DNA of 64,000 nt from Actinomycetes bacterium (GTDB lineage: Bacteria > Bacillota > Sulfobacillia > Sulfobacillales > JAIMBI01). Below are positions 29,001 through 37,819 of this stretch, piece by piece. Under the pieces are notes generated by a model. It was not told where the DNA came from and did no database searches. It was given only the letters and a program-made list of their open reading frames with translations. The position numbers and the translations under genes are program-made. The stretch is taken from positions 67,784-131,783 of the forward strand of contig JAIMBI010000005.1 of the NCBI GenBank assembly GCA_023565505.1. Direction: 5' to 3'. Each line of letters opens with the position of its first letter. The first letter of the stretch is position 1.

Positions 29001-29981
29001 ATGATCCGCACGCGCTTCACCGAGCTGGTCGGCGTCGAGCATCCCGTCATGTGCGGGGGCATGTACATCGTCGGACGGGCCGAACTGGCGGCCGCCGTCT
29101 CCGAGGCCGGCGGCCTCGGCACCATCACCTCCAAGACCCAACCCACTCCGGAGGACCTGCGCCGGGAGATCCGGCGGGTCCGGGAACTGACCCGAAAACC
29201 TTTCGCGGTCAACCTCAACCTCTTCCCCAGCGCGACCCCGACTCCCAACGAGGGGTACATCGCCGTCCTCCTGGAGGAGGGCGTGCGCATCGTCGAGACC
29301 AGCGGGCGGAGTCCCGAACCGTACATGAAGGTGCTCAAGGACAACGGCGTCATCGTGATCCACAAGGTGCCCGGCGCCCGCTACGCCGTCACCGCCGAGC
29401 GGCTCGGCGTCGACGCGGTGAGCGTCGTGGGCAACGAGACGGGCGGGCATCCGGGGATGACCGACGTGGGCGGCCTGGTCATGATCCCCCGGACGGTCGA
29501 CAGCGTGCGCATCCCCGTGCTCGCCGGCGGCGGCATCGCCGACGGGCGGGGACTCGCCGCGGCGCTCGCGCTGGGCGCGGAGGGCGTGGTCATGGGCACG
29601 CGCTTCATGGCGACCCGGGAGTCCATGGTGCACGAGAACGTCAAACAGTGGATGCTCAGAGCGTCCGAGAACGACACGGTGGTCATCCAGCGGTCCATCG
29701 GCAGTCCCTCCCGCGTCGCCAAGAACCGCATCAGCCTCGAGGTGCTGGAGCGGGAGCAGGCGGGCGCCACGTTGGAGGAGCTGCTCCCGCTCATCTCCGG
29801 GGCCCGGGGGCGGGAACGGGTCTACGAGGCCGGCGCCACCGACGAGGGCGTGTGGTCTTGCGGCCAGTCGGTCGGTCTGATCCACGACATCCCGCCGGTG
29901 GCCGAGGTGATGCGCCGGATCATGGACGAGGCCGAGGCCGTGTTGCGCCGGCTCGGCCGGTTGGCGGATCCGGAGGCGTAG
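29001..29981 (+). CDS. NAD(P)H-dependent flavin oxidoreductase (nitronate monooxygenase / FabK-like)
   Basis: ATG 29001 follows GGAGGGA. Motifs: HPVMCGGM, GGLGTI, GNETGGH, PVLAGGGIADGRG, GAEGVVMGTRF. Confidence 0.85.
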   Translation: MIRTRFTELVGVEHPVMCGGMYIVGRAELAAAVSEAGGLGTITSKTQPTPEDLRREIRRVRELTRKPFAVNLNLFPSATPTPNEGYIAVLLEEGVRIVETSGRSPEPYMKVLKDNGVIVIHKVPGARYAVTAERLGVDAVSVVGNETGGHPGMTDVGGLVMIPRTVDSVRIPVLAGGGIADGRGLAAALALGAEGVVMGTRFMATRESMVHENVKQWMLRASENDTVVIQRSIGSPSRVAKNRISLEVLEREQAGATLEELLPLISGARGRERVYEAGATDEGVWSCGQSVGLIHDIPPVAEVMRRIMDEAEAVLRRLGRLADPEA

Positions 29982-30018
29982 GGTCCGGCGCGAAGCGGGT
30001 GGCGGGAGGGACTCCGGC

Positions 30019-31065
30019 GTGTGGTGGCGGCGATCCGGCCCCGCGGTGGGCCTGGACCTCGGGACGGCGCACACGGTGGTCCACGTCGAGGGGCGGGGCA
30101 TCGTCCTGGAGGAACCCTCGGTGGTCGCGGTCGACCAGGCCACCGGCGCCGTGGTGGCGGCGGGCCACGAGGCCCGGATGCTGTTCGGCCGCCATCCCGA
30201 AGGCATCCGCCTCCGGCGGCCGGTCGCCCGCGGCGTGGTGCAGGACGCGGCGGCCACCCGCGGCCTGGTGCGGCGCCTCCTGGCCAAGGCGCTCGCGCCG
30301 CTGAGGCGCCGCGGGCGGCCCCGCGTGGTGGTCGGGGTGCCGGCGGGAGCCACCCGGGTCGAGGCGGAGGCCATCCGCCGGGTGGTGGAGGAGGCCGGGG
30401 CCGCCGCCGTCTGGCCGGTGCCGGAGCCGCTGGCGGTCGCGGTGGGCGAGGGCCTCCCGGTGGAGGAGCCGGTGGGGAGCCTCGTCGTGGACGTCGGGGG
30501 CGGGACGGCCGAGGCGGCCGTGGTGGCCCTGGGCGGCCTCGTCGTGGCCCGCTCCGTGCCCGTGGCCGGCGACGCCGTCGAGGCGGCCGTCCTGCAGCAT
30601 CTCCGCACGCGCCACCGCCTCCTCGTGGGCGACGGGCAGGCGACCGCACTGGTCCGGGCCCTGGCGGCCGGCAGGGCGCGGCAGTTCGCCGAGGCGGTGC
30701 CGGTGGCAGGCCGGCGGCTCGACTCGGGGATCCCGGCGACGGTGGAACTGTCCGCCGCGGAACTCGACGCCGTCGTCGCCCCGCTGGTGCGGACCGTCCT
30801 CGACATGGTGCGCGCGGTGCTCGAGGCGGCCCCGCCCGAGTTCGCGCACGACTTCCTCGAGCGCGGCCTCGTGCTCACCGGCGGCGGATCCCTCCCCCTC
30901 GGCCTGGAACGGCGCCTTCAGGAGGAGACGGGCCTGCCCGTCACGCTGGCGCCGGCGCCGTTTCGGTCGGCGGGGCTGGGGGTGGGCCGGCTCGCGGAGG
31001 ACCCGGCGCGGCTGGCCCGCCTGGCGCGGGACGTCGGGACCGCCCTGCCTCAGCGCGAGCCGTAG
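30019..31065 (+). CDS. MreB/Mbl-like actin-family protein (divergent, Ala/Arg-rich)
   Basis: GLDLGTAHT (phosphate 1), VVVGVPAGATRVEAEA, VVDVGGGTAE (phosphate 2), LTGGGSLPLGL (adenosine). GTG start. The 3' end overlaps the convergent gene by 16 nt. Confidence 0.75.
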   Translation: MWWRRSGPAVGLDLGTAHTVVHVEGRGIVLEEPSVVAVDQATGAVVAAGHEARMLFGRHPEGIRLRRPVARGVVQDAAATRGLVRRLLAKALAPLRRRGRPRVVVGVPAGATRVEAEAIRRVVEEAGAAAVWPVPEPLAVAVGEGLPVEEPVGSLVVDVGGGTAEAAVVALGGLVVARSVPVAGDAVEAAVLQHLRTRHRLLVGDGQATALVRALAAGRARQFAEAVPVAGRRLDSGIPATVELSAAELDAVVAPLVRTVLDMVRAVLEAAPPEFAHDFLERGLVLTGGGSLPLGLERRLQEETGLPVTLAPAPFRSAGLGVGRLAEDPARLARLARDVGTALPQREP

Positions 31066-32231
31066 GAGGCCTGGCCCCGCATCGGGGCGGGCCGGGCGTC
31101 GTCGTGCCGGACCCGTGCGGGCCAGGGGAGCGTCTCGCGGCCGATGAGGTAGACGCTGAGCGGGGTGGCCGCGATGAGTCGCACCGCGAGCGTCGCCACG
31201 GCGAAGGTGAGCAGCACCGTGGCCGGGGTCACCACCAGGCGGGTGAGGGCGCCCACCTGGGGGACCAGGTACGTCGCGATCTGCTGCAGGAACCACGGAT
31301 GCACCAGGTAGATCCCGAACGAGAGGTCCGCCACGAGGCTCACCAGCGCCGATCCCCGCGGCCAGCGGGCGCGGCGCTCGGCCCACTTGAGCCCCAGCCA
31401 GAACAGCCCCCCGATGACCGCCGCCGCGTAGGGCACCATGAGCGGCTGTAGCACGCCCGAGGCAAAAGCCACCGACTGGTGGAAGACCAGGACGCCCACG
31501 GCGAAGGCGGCCCACATGGCGACCAGCGAGCCGACGAAGAGCAGCGCTACGAGGCGGCCGTGGGCGGCCACCCAGGCGGCCACGGCGCGGTAGTGCACCG
31601 CGGCCAGGGCGCCGAGGACCAGGAAGAATTCGTAGGTGAAGAACACCTGCCCGCGGAGCGATACCACCCAGCGGAGCCAACCCGGCAGCCACGCGGCGAG
31701 CGGCCCGGCCCAGTACTGGTAGACGCCGAACAGGACCAGGTCGAAGACGCCGGCGACCACCAAGAGGGTGCGATGGTGGCCTTCCGTCCGGCGCACGAGC
31801 CAGAGCAGGAGGGGGAAGGCGAGATAGATCTGCATCGTCACCAGCAGGTAGTAGAGGTGGAACCACGCCGTGCCGGTGAGGAGCGCGTGCCCGAGGGTGG
31901 CGAGGAACGGCCCGAGGCCCTGCCGGAGGGCGCCCCCGTAGACCAGGTAGAAGATGCTCCAGATGACGTAGGGGAACGCCACCAGCTTGAACCGGCGCGG
32001 CCAGAACCGCCGGAGGTCGAGCGGGCGGTCGTAGTAGTTGTAGAACAGGACGAACGCCGTCATGAACAGGAACACTTCGCGGGTGAAGTGCAGCACGTCC
32101 ATGACGGCGTTGGCGGAGAAGTTCTGGGAATCGTTGGTGAACCACGTGCTGTGGACCGAGACCACCCCGAGGATGGTGAGCGTCCGCACCAAGTCGATGG
32201 CGGCGACGTGGGACTTGCCCCGTCCGGCCAT
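31050..32231 (-). CDS. Membrane acyltransferase, Acyl_transf_3 family (OatA/OafA-like)
   Basis: 393 aa with about ten TM helices. N-terminal IDLVRTLTILGVVSVH with the conserved His. The start A is shared with the upstream stop (TGATG). Confidence 0.8.
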   Translation of the reverse strand: MAGRGKSHVAAIDLVRTLTILGVVSVHSTWFTNDSQNFSANAVMDVLHFTREVFLFMTAFVLFYNYYDRPLDLRRFWPRRFKLVAFPYVIWSIFYLVYGGALRQGLGPFLATLGHALLTGTAWFHLYYLLVTMQIYLAFPLLLWLVRRTEGHHRTLLVVAGVFDLVLFGVYQYWAGPLAAWLPGWLRWVVSLRGQVFFTYEFFLVLGALAAVHYRAVAAWVAAHGRLVALLFVGSLVAMWAAFAVGVLVFHQSVAFASGVLQPLMVPYAAAVIGGLFWLGLKWAERRARWPRGSALVSLVADLSFGIYLVHPWFLQQIATYLVPQVGALTRLVVTPATVLLTFAVATLAVRLIAATPLSVYLIGRETLPWPARVRHDDARPAPMRGQASYGSR

Positions 32232-33763
32232 CAGCGCGAACCTCCGCCGGCCTCGGCCAACACGGCGGCCCGGAGGGACAAGCGCTGCACCTTGCCCGTG
32301 GGACCGGACGGCAGCGACGCCACCACCTGGATCGTGGCCGGGCGCTTGTAGGCGCTCAGGTGCGCCGCGGCGAGGCGCTCGAGCTGCGCCACGAGCTGCG
32401 CCGGCGAGGGCGCCGCGGGGGTCGGCACCACATAGGCGGCGACCTTTTCGCCCAGGATCGGGTCCGGCACCCCGATGACGGCGGCGTCCGCCACACCGGG
32501 GTGGGCGAGGAGCACGTCCTCCACCTCCCGCGGCGCGATCTTCTGCCCGCCCCGGTTGATGAGCTCGCGGCTCCGGCCGGTGAGGAAGAGGTAGCCGTCG
32601 CCGTCGAAGTAGCCGTGGTCACCGGTGTGGAACCACCCGTCGCGGAAGGTGGCAGGGTCCACCGTCCCGCTCCAGTAGCGGCGGATGACGCTCGGCCCGG
32701 CGATTCGGACCTGGCCGGCCTCCCCCGGCGGCAGCACGCGCCCCTCCTCGTCGACGACCTCGATGCGCACCCCCACCGGTCGCCCCACGGACCCGGGCTT
32801 GCGCCGGCCCGGCGGCACCGGGTTGGCCGCCACTTGGCTCGCCGCCTCCGTCAGCCCGTAGGTTTCCACCACGGGATACCCGTAGCGGGCCTCGAATGCC
32901 TTGAGGGTGCTGACGGGCAGCGGCGCCGAGGCCGAGCGGACGAAGCGCACGCGGGGCAGGACGGGGGCGGTCCCCTCCTGCTTGGCGAGGATGCCCAGGA
33001 TGGCCGGCACGGCGTTCACCCACGTCGCGTCCACGCTCCGGACGGCCTCCCAGAAGTCGCTGGCGTGGAACCGGTCGTCCACGGCCAGGAGGCTTCCCGC
33101 CACGAGGCTGGCCAACAGGCCCACCACCTGGGCGTTGATGTGAAAGAGGGGAAGGCTCGAGAACCCGCGTTCGCCGGGTCCGAGGCCGTGATGGCGTGCC
33201 ACGGCCGCGGCGGTGTAGAGGAGCTGGCGGGCTTCGAGGCGCACGCCCTTGGGTTCGCCCGTGGTCCCGGAGGTGAAGAGGAGGACTCCGCCCTCGACGG
33301 CCGGGGCCTCCCCGGTCGGGACCAGTCGGAGCGGGACCCCCGCGGGGGGCAGGACCGTCGTCGGGGCCACCGTCCAGGTGGGGACGCCGGCCTCCGCCGT
33401 GGCCGCCCCGGGTGCTGCCAGCAGCAGGGCGGGGCGCGCCTTGGCCATGATCCGGGCGATCTCCCCCGCCGGCGCCTCCGGGTTGATCGGGAGCACCGTG
33501 GCCCCGCCGCTCACCCCGGCGAGGTAGACGACCGCGAAGGTCAGGCCGTTCGGCAGGGCGAGGGCGATCCGGTCGCCGGGCCGGACGCCGGTCCGCCGGA
33601 GCCACGCCCGCCACGCGCCCACGGCCGCGTAGGTCTCGGCGAAGGTGAGCCGGCGGTCGCCGCGGACGTCCACCAGGTAGGGGAGATCGCCCGTTTCGGC
33701 CGCCCGTTGCGCCAAGAGTCCCTCCAACGCGCCCGCCGCACGCCCCAAGCCCGCGTCCGCCAT
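32231..33763 (-). CDS. AMP-dependent synthetase/ligase (adenylate-forming enzyme)
   Basis: ATG 33763 lies 7 nt after GGGAGGTG. Motifs: [49 protein letters not shown]. Confidence 0.85.
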   Translation of the reverse strand: MADAGLGRAAGALEGLLAQRAAETGDLPYLVDVRGDRRLTFAETYAAVGAWRAWLRRTGVRPGDRIALALPNGLTFAVVYLAGVSGGATVLPINPEAPAGEIARIMAKARPALLLAAPGAATAEAGVPTWTVAPTTVLPPAGVPLRLVPTGEAPAVEGGVLLFTSGTTGEPKGVRLEARQLLYTAAAVARHHGLGPGERGFSSLPLFHINAQVVGLLASLVAGSLLAVDDRFHASDFWEAVRSVDATWVNAVPAILGILAKQEGTAPVLPRVRFVRSASAPLPVSTLKAFEARYGYPVVETYGLTEAASQVAANPVPPGRRKPGSVGRPVGVRIEVVDEEGRVLPPGEAGQVRIAGPSVIRRYWSGTVDPATFRDGWFHTGDHGYFDGDGYLFLTGRSRELINRGGQKIAPREVEDVLLAHPGVADAAVIGVPDPILGEKVAAYVVPTPAAPSPAQLVAQLERLAAAHLSAYKRPATIQVVASLPSGPTGKVQRLSLRAAVLAEAGGGSR

Positions 33764-33889
33764 CCGACGCACCTCCCGGTCGGCATCTCCGGGCTTTAGG
33801 ATACCGTGTCGGCGTCCGGGGCTTCTCAAGAAAACCCAAAGATTAGCTAAAGGGTAACTGAAGCCGGGACGGGCGGGCGGCCGCGGCCC

Positions 33890-35074
33890 TCAGAGCCGGG
33901 TGAGGCGCCAGCGCGGCGACGGCGGCGGGAGGGCGGACGGGGCCCGGAGCGGCACGGCGAGGTGCTGGTCGCCCACGTCCACGTGCAGGATGCCGACCGT
34001 CTGGCCCGCCCGGACGCTCGGCCCGAGGGCGTAGGGGACCAGATGGATCCGTCCGGTGAGCCCGGGCCAGCCGACGACGCTCACCGTCCGGGGGAGCGTC
34101 ACCGTGAGCGGGGCGGCCCACGGGGCCTTGATGGTCGCGACCGGCGTGCCGGCCTGGAGCACGGGGGCGGTGACGAGGAAGGATCCCGCGGCGTTTAGGA
34201 GATCCCGACCGGCGCGGAGCGCCGTGAAGAGCGGCTGAAGCCCGCCCTGGCCCAGCACCGCCGCGATGACCAGGACGCGGTGCGACCCGGCGTTGCGCCA
34301 GGCGGCGCTGACGTAGCAGCCGCCGGCTTCGGCGGTGGTGCCCGTCTTGACCCCGACGATGCCGGACTTCCCGAGGTAGTAGTTGACGTTGTACACCGTC
34401 CCGGCGACCGGCAGCGTCGCCTGCGGCATGGCCACGATCTCCCGGAACGTGGGGATCTGCATGGCCGCGAGCGCCAGACGCACCTGGTCCGGCGCGGTGC
34501 TCACGGTGGCCGGGTTGGCGCCGCTCGCGTCCGCGTAGTGCGTGTGCGTCATGCCGAGCTGCTTCGCCATGGCGTTCATCTGCCGGACGAACGCCGCCTC
34601 GCTGCCGGCGTCCCAGCGCGCCAACACCCGGGCGATGTTGTTGGCCGAGGGTAGGAGCAGCGCCTCGAGCATCTGCCGCTCGGTGAGCTGTTCGCCCGCC
34701 ACGACCTTGGTGACCGACTGCCCTGCCTTCAGCTCGGCCTGGTACAGGCTCTGGTCCGCGGCGGTGAGCGTCACCGACGGGCCGGACGCCCCGGGGCCGA
34801 GCGGATGCCGCTTCAGGATGAGGTACGCGGTCATGATCTTGGTCAGGCTGGCGATGGGCTGGGGCTGGTCGACCGGTCCGGAGGTGCCCACCAGCCCGAC
34901 GCCCTCGACGGCGAGGGCCGCCTGCCCGCCGGCCGGCCAGGGGATGGCGGGCCGGGCACCGGGGACGGTCACGGCCGACGGCCCGGCGGCCGTCACGACG
35001 GGATGGGGGATGGGCCGGAACCACTGCACCAGCACCAGGGCCACGACAGCCAACGCCACCAACCACGCCCGCAT
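33890..35074 (-). CDS. D-alanyl-D-alanine carboxypeptidase (peptidase S11, low-MW PBP)
   Basis: Signal/TM anchor, then SLTK (SxxK), LLLPSANN (SxN), VKTGTT (KTG). ATG 35074 follows GGGAGG. Confidence 0.85.
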   Translation of the reverse strand: MRAWLVALAVVALVLVQWFRPIPHPVVTAAGPSAVTVPGARPAIPWPAGGQAALAVEGVGLVGTSGPVDQPQPIASLTKIMTAYLILKRHPLGPGASGPSVTLTAADQSLYQAELKAGQSVTKVVAGEQLTERQMLEALLLPSANNIARVLARWDAGSEAAFVRQMNAMAKQLGMTHTHYADASGANPATVSTAPDQVRLALAAMQIPTFREIVAMPQATLPVAGTVYNVNYYLGKSGIVGVKTGTTAEAGGCYVSAAWRNAGSHRVLVIAAVLGQGGLQPLFTALRAGRDLLNAAGSFLVTAPVLQAGTPVATIKAPWAAPLTVTLPRTVSVVGWPGLTGRIHLVPYALGPSVRAGQTVGILHVDVGDQHLAVPLRAPSALPPPSPRWRLTRL

Positions 35075-35230
35075 CAGGTCGCCTCCCGCTTCATCGTGGT
35101 CGGACGCCCCCGCCGCCGCGGAGCTTCCGGCCGGAGGCCCCGCGGCGGGGACGTCCCCCGAGGAATGACGTCCCGGACGCCGGCGGGGTTGCGGCTCCGC
35201 CGGCGCCCGGGCCTCTTTCCGCCAGCGGCG

Positions 35231-35389
35231 TCAGAAGTCGAACGGGATCCAGAAGCGCCAGTCGCACGCGCAGTGGTCTTCGCAGCGGCCGCACCCGGCA
35301 CAGTGGTGCGCCGCACAGCGGGCCTCCCGGCAGTCGAGGCAGGCGTACGCCGCCGTCTCGCCGCAGGGACAGGCCGGCGTCTCGGCCAT
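35231..35389 (-). CDS. Unlisted small Cys-rich protein (52 aa, B-box/zinc-finger-like)
   Basis: My own translation; it is below the track length cutoff. Sequence: MAETPACPCGETAAYACLDCREARCAAHHCAGCGRCEDHCACDWRFWIPFDF. GGGAGGG lies 6 nt upstream, third codon positions are G/C-rich, and it sits between co-directional genes. Confidence 0.5.
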   Translation of the reverse strand: MAETPACPCGETAAYACLDCREARCAAHHCAGCGRCEDHCACDWRFWIPFDF

Positions 35390-35440
35390 GGCCATCCCTC
35401 CCAACCCTTTTCGGGCCTAGGATGGCTGGCCGGGTCCGAT

Positions 35441-36391
35441 TCATGCGGACAAGAGCCGCGCGAGCGTCGCGGCGTCGACGTTGCCGCCGGAGAGCACTAC
35501 CGCCGTCCGGCGGCCGGCCAGGGGGCGCGACGGGTCCAGGACCCAGGCGGCGGCACAGGCGCCGGAGGGTTCCACCAGCACCTTGAGCCGGGACAGGAGG
35601 GTCCACAGGGCGGCCCGGATCTGCTCGTCGGTCACCGTGACGAGGTCGTCGACCGCCTCCTGGATGATGGGGAAGGTGAGCTCCCCGGGGGCCACCGACC
35701 GCAGCCCGTCGGCGATGGACAGGCCCGCCGGCAGCTCGATCCGCCGGCCCGCCTGGCGGGAGAGGTAGCTCGAGGCCGCTCCCGCGGGCTCCACCCCGAC
35801 CACCCGCACCGAGGGCCGGAGTGCCTTGACGGCGCTCGCGATCCCCGCGATGAGGCCTCCGCCGCCCACCGGGACCACGACGACCTCCACCTCCGGCCAC
35901 GCCTCCAGGATCTCGAGACCGATCGTCCCCTGTCCCGCCATGACGTCGGGATCGTCGTAAGGCGGCACGAACGCCAGGCCCTGCTCCGCGGCGAGCGCCT
36001 GGGCGCGGGCGAGCCGCTCCCGGCTGGTGGTGCCGCAGAACTCGACCGTGGCCCCGAAGGCGCGGACGGCCTCGAGCTTCGCCGGGTTGGCGTCCTCCGG
36101 CACCACCACGTGCGCCGCAAGCCCGTGCCGCCGGGCGGCGTAGGCCACGGCCTGGGCGTGGTTGCCGCTCGAGGCGGTCACGACGCCCCGGGCACCGGCC
36201 TCGGCCGCCAGCGCCACGCGGTTGGTGGCGCCGCGGACCTTGAACGACCCCGTCTTCTGGAGGTTCTCCGCCTTGAAGCGCACGGTGGCGCCGGCCGCGG
36301 TGTCGAGGCCCCGACTCGCGAGCAGGGGCGTACGGTGGATCTCGTCCTTTAGACGCTCCTGGGCCCGGCGGATCCGTTCGAGGGGGATCAT
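35441..36391 (-). CDS. PLP-dependent threonine/serine dehydratase
   Basis: 316 aa with PLP lysine motif QKTGSFKVRGA, SSGNHAQ, PVGGGGLIAG. ATG follows GGAGGTG. Confidence 0.88.
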   Translation of the reverse strand: MIPLERIRRAQERLKDEIHRTPLLASRGLDTAAGATVRFKAENLQKTGSFKVRGATNRVALAAEAGARGVVTASSGNHAQAVAYAARRHGLAAHVVVPEDANPAKLEAVRAFGATVEFCGTTSRERLARAQALAAEQGLAFVPPYDDPDVMAGQGTIGLEILEAWPEVEVVVVPVGGGGLIAGIASAVKALRPSVRVVGVEPAGAASSYLSRQAGRRIELPAGLSIADGLRSVAPGELTFPIIQEAVDDLVTVTDEQIRAALWTLLSRLKVLVEPSGACAAAWVLDPSRPLAGRRTAVVLSGGNVDAATLARLLSA

Positions 36392-36419
36392 GGGCGAACA
36401 CCTCCCGGGAGGTGGTGCG

Positions 36420-36845
36420 TCAGAAGACCAGGTCCCACCACACCGGGTTGGGTCCGCCGGGGCGCCCCTCCACCACCCGGTCGACCGGCATCCGCCGCCG
36501 GCGCGCGGGCTTGTGCAGCCCCACCGAGAAGGCGCGCGTGTCGTACTGGATGAGACGGGGCCGGTAGTGCTCGTGCACCTCGCGCAGGAAGGCCTCGATG
36601 TCCTGGGCCGCCCGGGCCCAGTCGGCGTCGCTCAGGTTGGCCAGGTACTGGCGCCGCCACATGATGAGGCGGACCGTGAACTTGTCCAGCCACACGATGG
36701 TCTGCGACCGCTCGGCCAGTCCGTGGCGCACCAGCGCGTCGGTCAGGGCCTTTTCGCTCCGGTCCCGCGGCTCGCGGATCACCAGGTCGATGGTCCAGCT
36801 GCTCGGCCGCGGAGCGACCGACGGCTTCTCGTCGTGTAGTCGCAT
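36420..36845 (-). CDS. Hypothetical protein (141 aa)
   Basis: ATG 36845 lies 7 nt after AGGGAG. Non-repetitive product (…TIDLVIREPRDRSEKALTDALVRHGL…VWWDLVF) with G/C-rich third codon positions. I recognise no family. Confidence 0.6.
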   Translation of the reverse strand: MRLHDEKPSVAPRPSSWTIDLVIREPRDRSEKALTDALVRHGLAERSQTIVWLDKFTVRLIMWRRQYLANLSDADWARAAQDIEAFLREVHEHYRPRLIQYDTRAFSVGLHKPARRRRMPVDRVVEGRPGGPNPVWWDLVF

Positions 36846-36886
36846 GCTCTCGCTCCCTATCCGCTGAGGTGGACGCGGGGCCGGCC

Positions 36887-37819
36887 TCAGGGGGCGTTCG
36901 GCGCCGGCGTGTCCGAGACGCGCTGGGACCGGAGCTCGATCCGCGTCGGCGCCGTCACGCGGCTGTACGGCGGCACGCTGTGGGTGAGCCACACGTTGCC
37001 CCCGATCTCCGACCCCCGCCCCACCACGGTGTCCCCGCCGAGGATCGTCGCCTCCGCGTAGACTATCACATCGTCCTCGATGGTGGGATGGCGCTTTCGG
37101 CCCCGAATGATGTGCCCTTCGGCGTCGCGCGGGAAGTTGGCGGCGCCTAGGGTCACGCCCTGGTAGAGGGTCACGCCCGTGCCGATGATGGTCGTCTCGC
37201 CGATGACCACGCCCGTGCCGTGGTCGATGAAGAACCGCGGGCCGATGCGCGCCCCGGGATGGATGTCGATGCCGGTCCGGCTGTGGGCCCACTCGGTCCA
37301 CATGCGCGGCAGGAGCGGTACCCCGAGCGTGTGGAGCGCGTGGGCCAGGCGGTAGACCATGGTGGCGAAGAACCCGGGGTAGGTGGCGATGACCTCCGTG
37401 GGGCTGTGCGCCGCCGGGTCGCCTTCGTAGGCGGCTTCGGCGTCCTCCAGGAGCATGGCCTGGATGGGCGGCAGCTGGTCGACGAACCGCCGCGCCAGCT
37501 CGACGCTGGGTTCGATCTCCGGGCAGGGCCGGTCGGAGGGGCAAAGGTGCTGCCGCACCCGGTGGATCTCGGCGGCGACCTCCCACAGCGCCCGGCCCAG
37601 CTCCCACACCCGGTCGTCGAAGCGGGACAAGCCCCGCGGTTCCGGCGGGAGGAACTCCTCCGGGAAGAGGACGTGGGCCAGCCGCCCGACCACCCGGGCG
37701 ATCTGCTCCTGGTCGGCATGGGGGCTCGTCGGCACGGCTCCCGCCGCGGGGGGCTTGAGCCGCCCGACGACGTCCAAGAGGTGGCGCGTGTCCCAGAAGT
37801 CGGCCTTCGGCTCGGTCAT
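36887..37819 (-). CDS. cysE: Serine O-acetyltransferase (long form)
   Basis: ATG 37819 follows AAGGAG and overlaps the upstream stop. SATase N-domain, then hexapeptide repeats GIDIHPGARIG, IDHGTGVVIGET, GVTLGA. The track ORF is over-extended. Confidence 0.85.
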   Translation of the reverse strand: MTEPKADFWDTRHLLDVVGRLKPPAAGAVPTSPHADQEQIARVVGRLAHVLFPEEFLPPEPRGLSRFDDRVWELGRALWEVAAEIHRVRQHLCPSDRPCPEIEPSVELARRFVDQLPPIQAMLLEDAEAAYEGDPAAHSPTEVIATYPGFFATMVYRLAHALHTLGVPLLPRMWTEWAHSRTGIDIHPGARIGPRFFIDHGTGVVIGETTIIGTGVTLYQGVTLGAANFPRDAEGHIIRGRKRHPTIEDDVIVYAEATILGGDTVVGRGSEIGGNVWLTHSVPPYSRVTAPTRIELRSQRVSDTPAPNAP

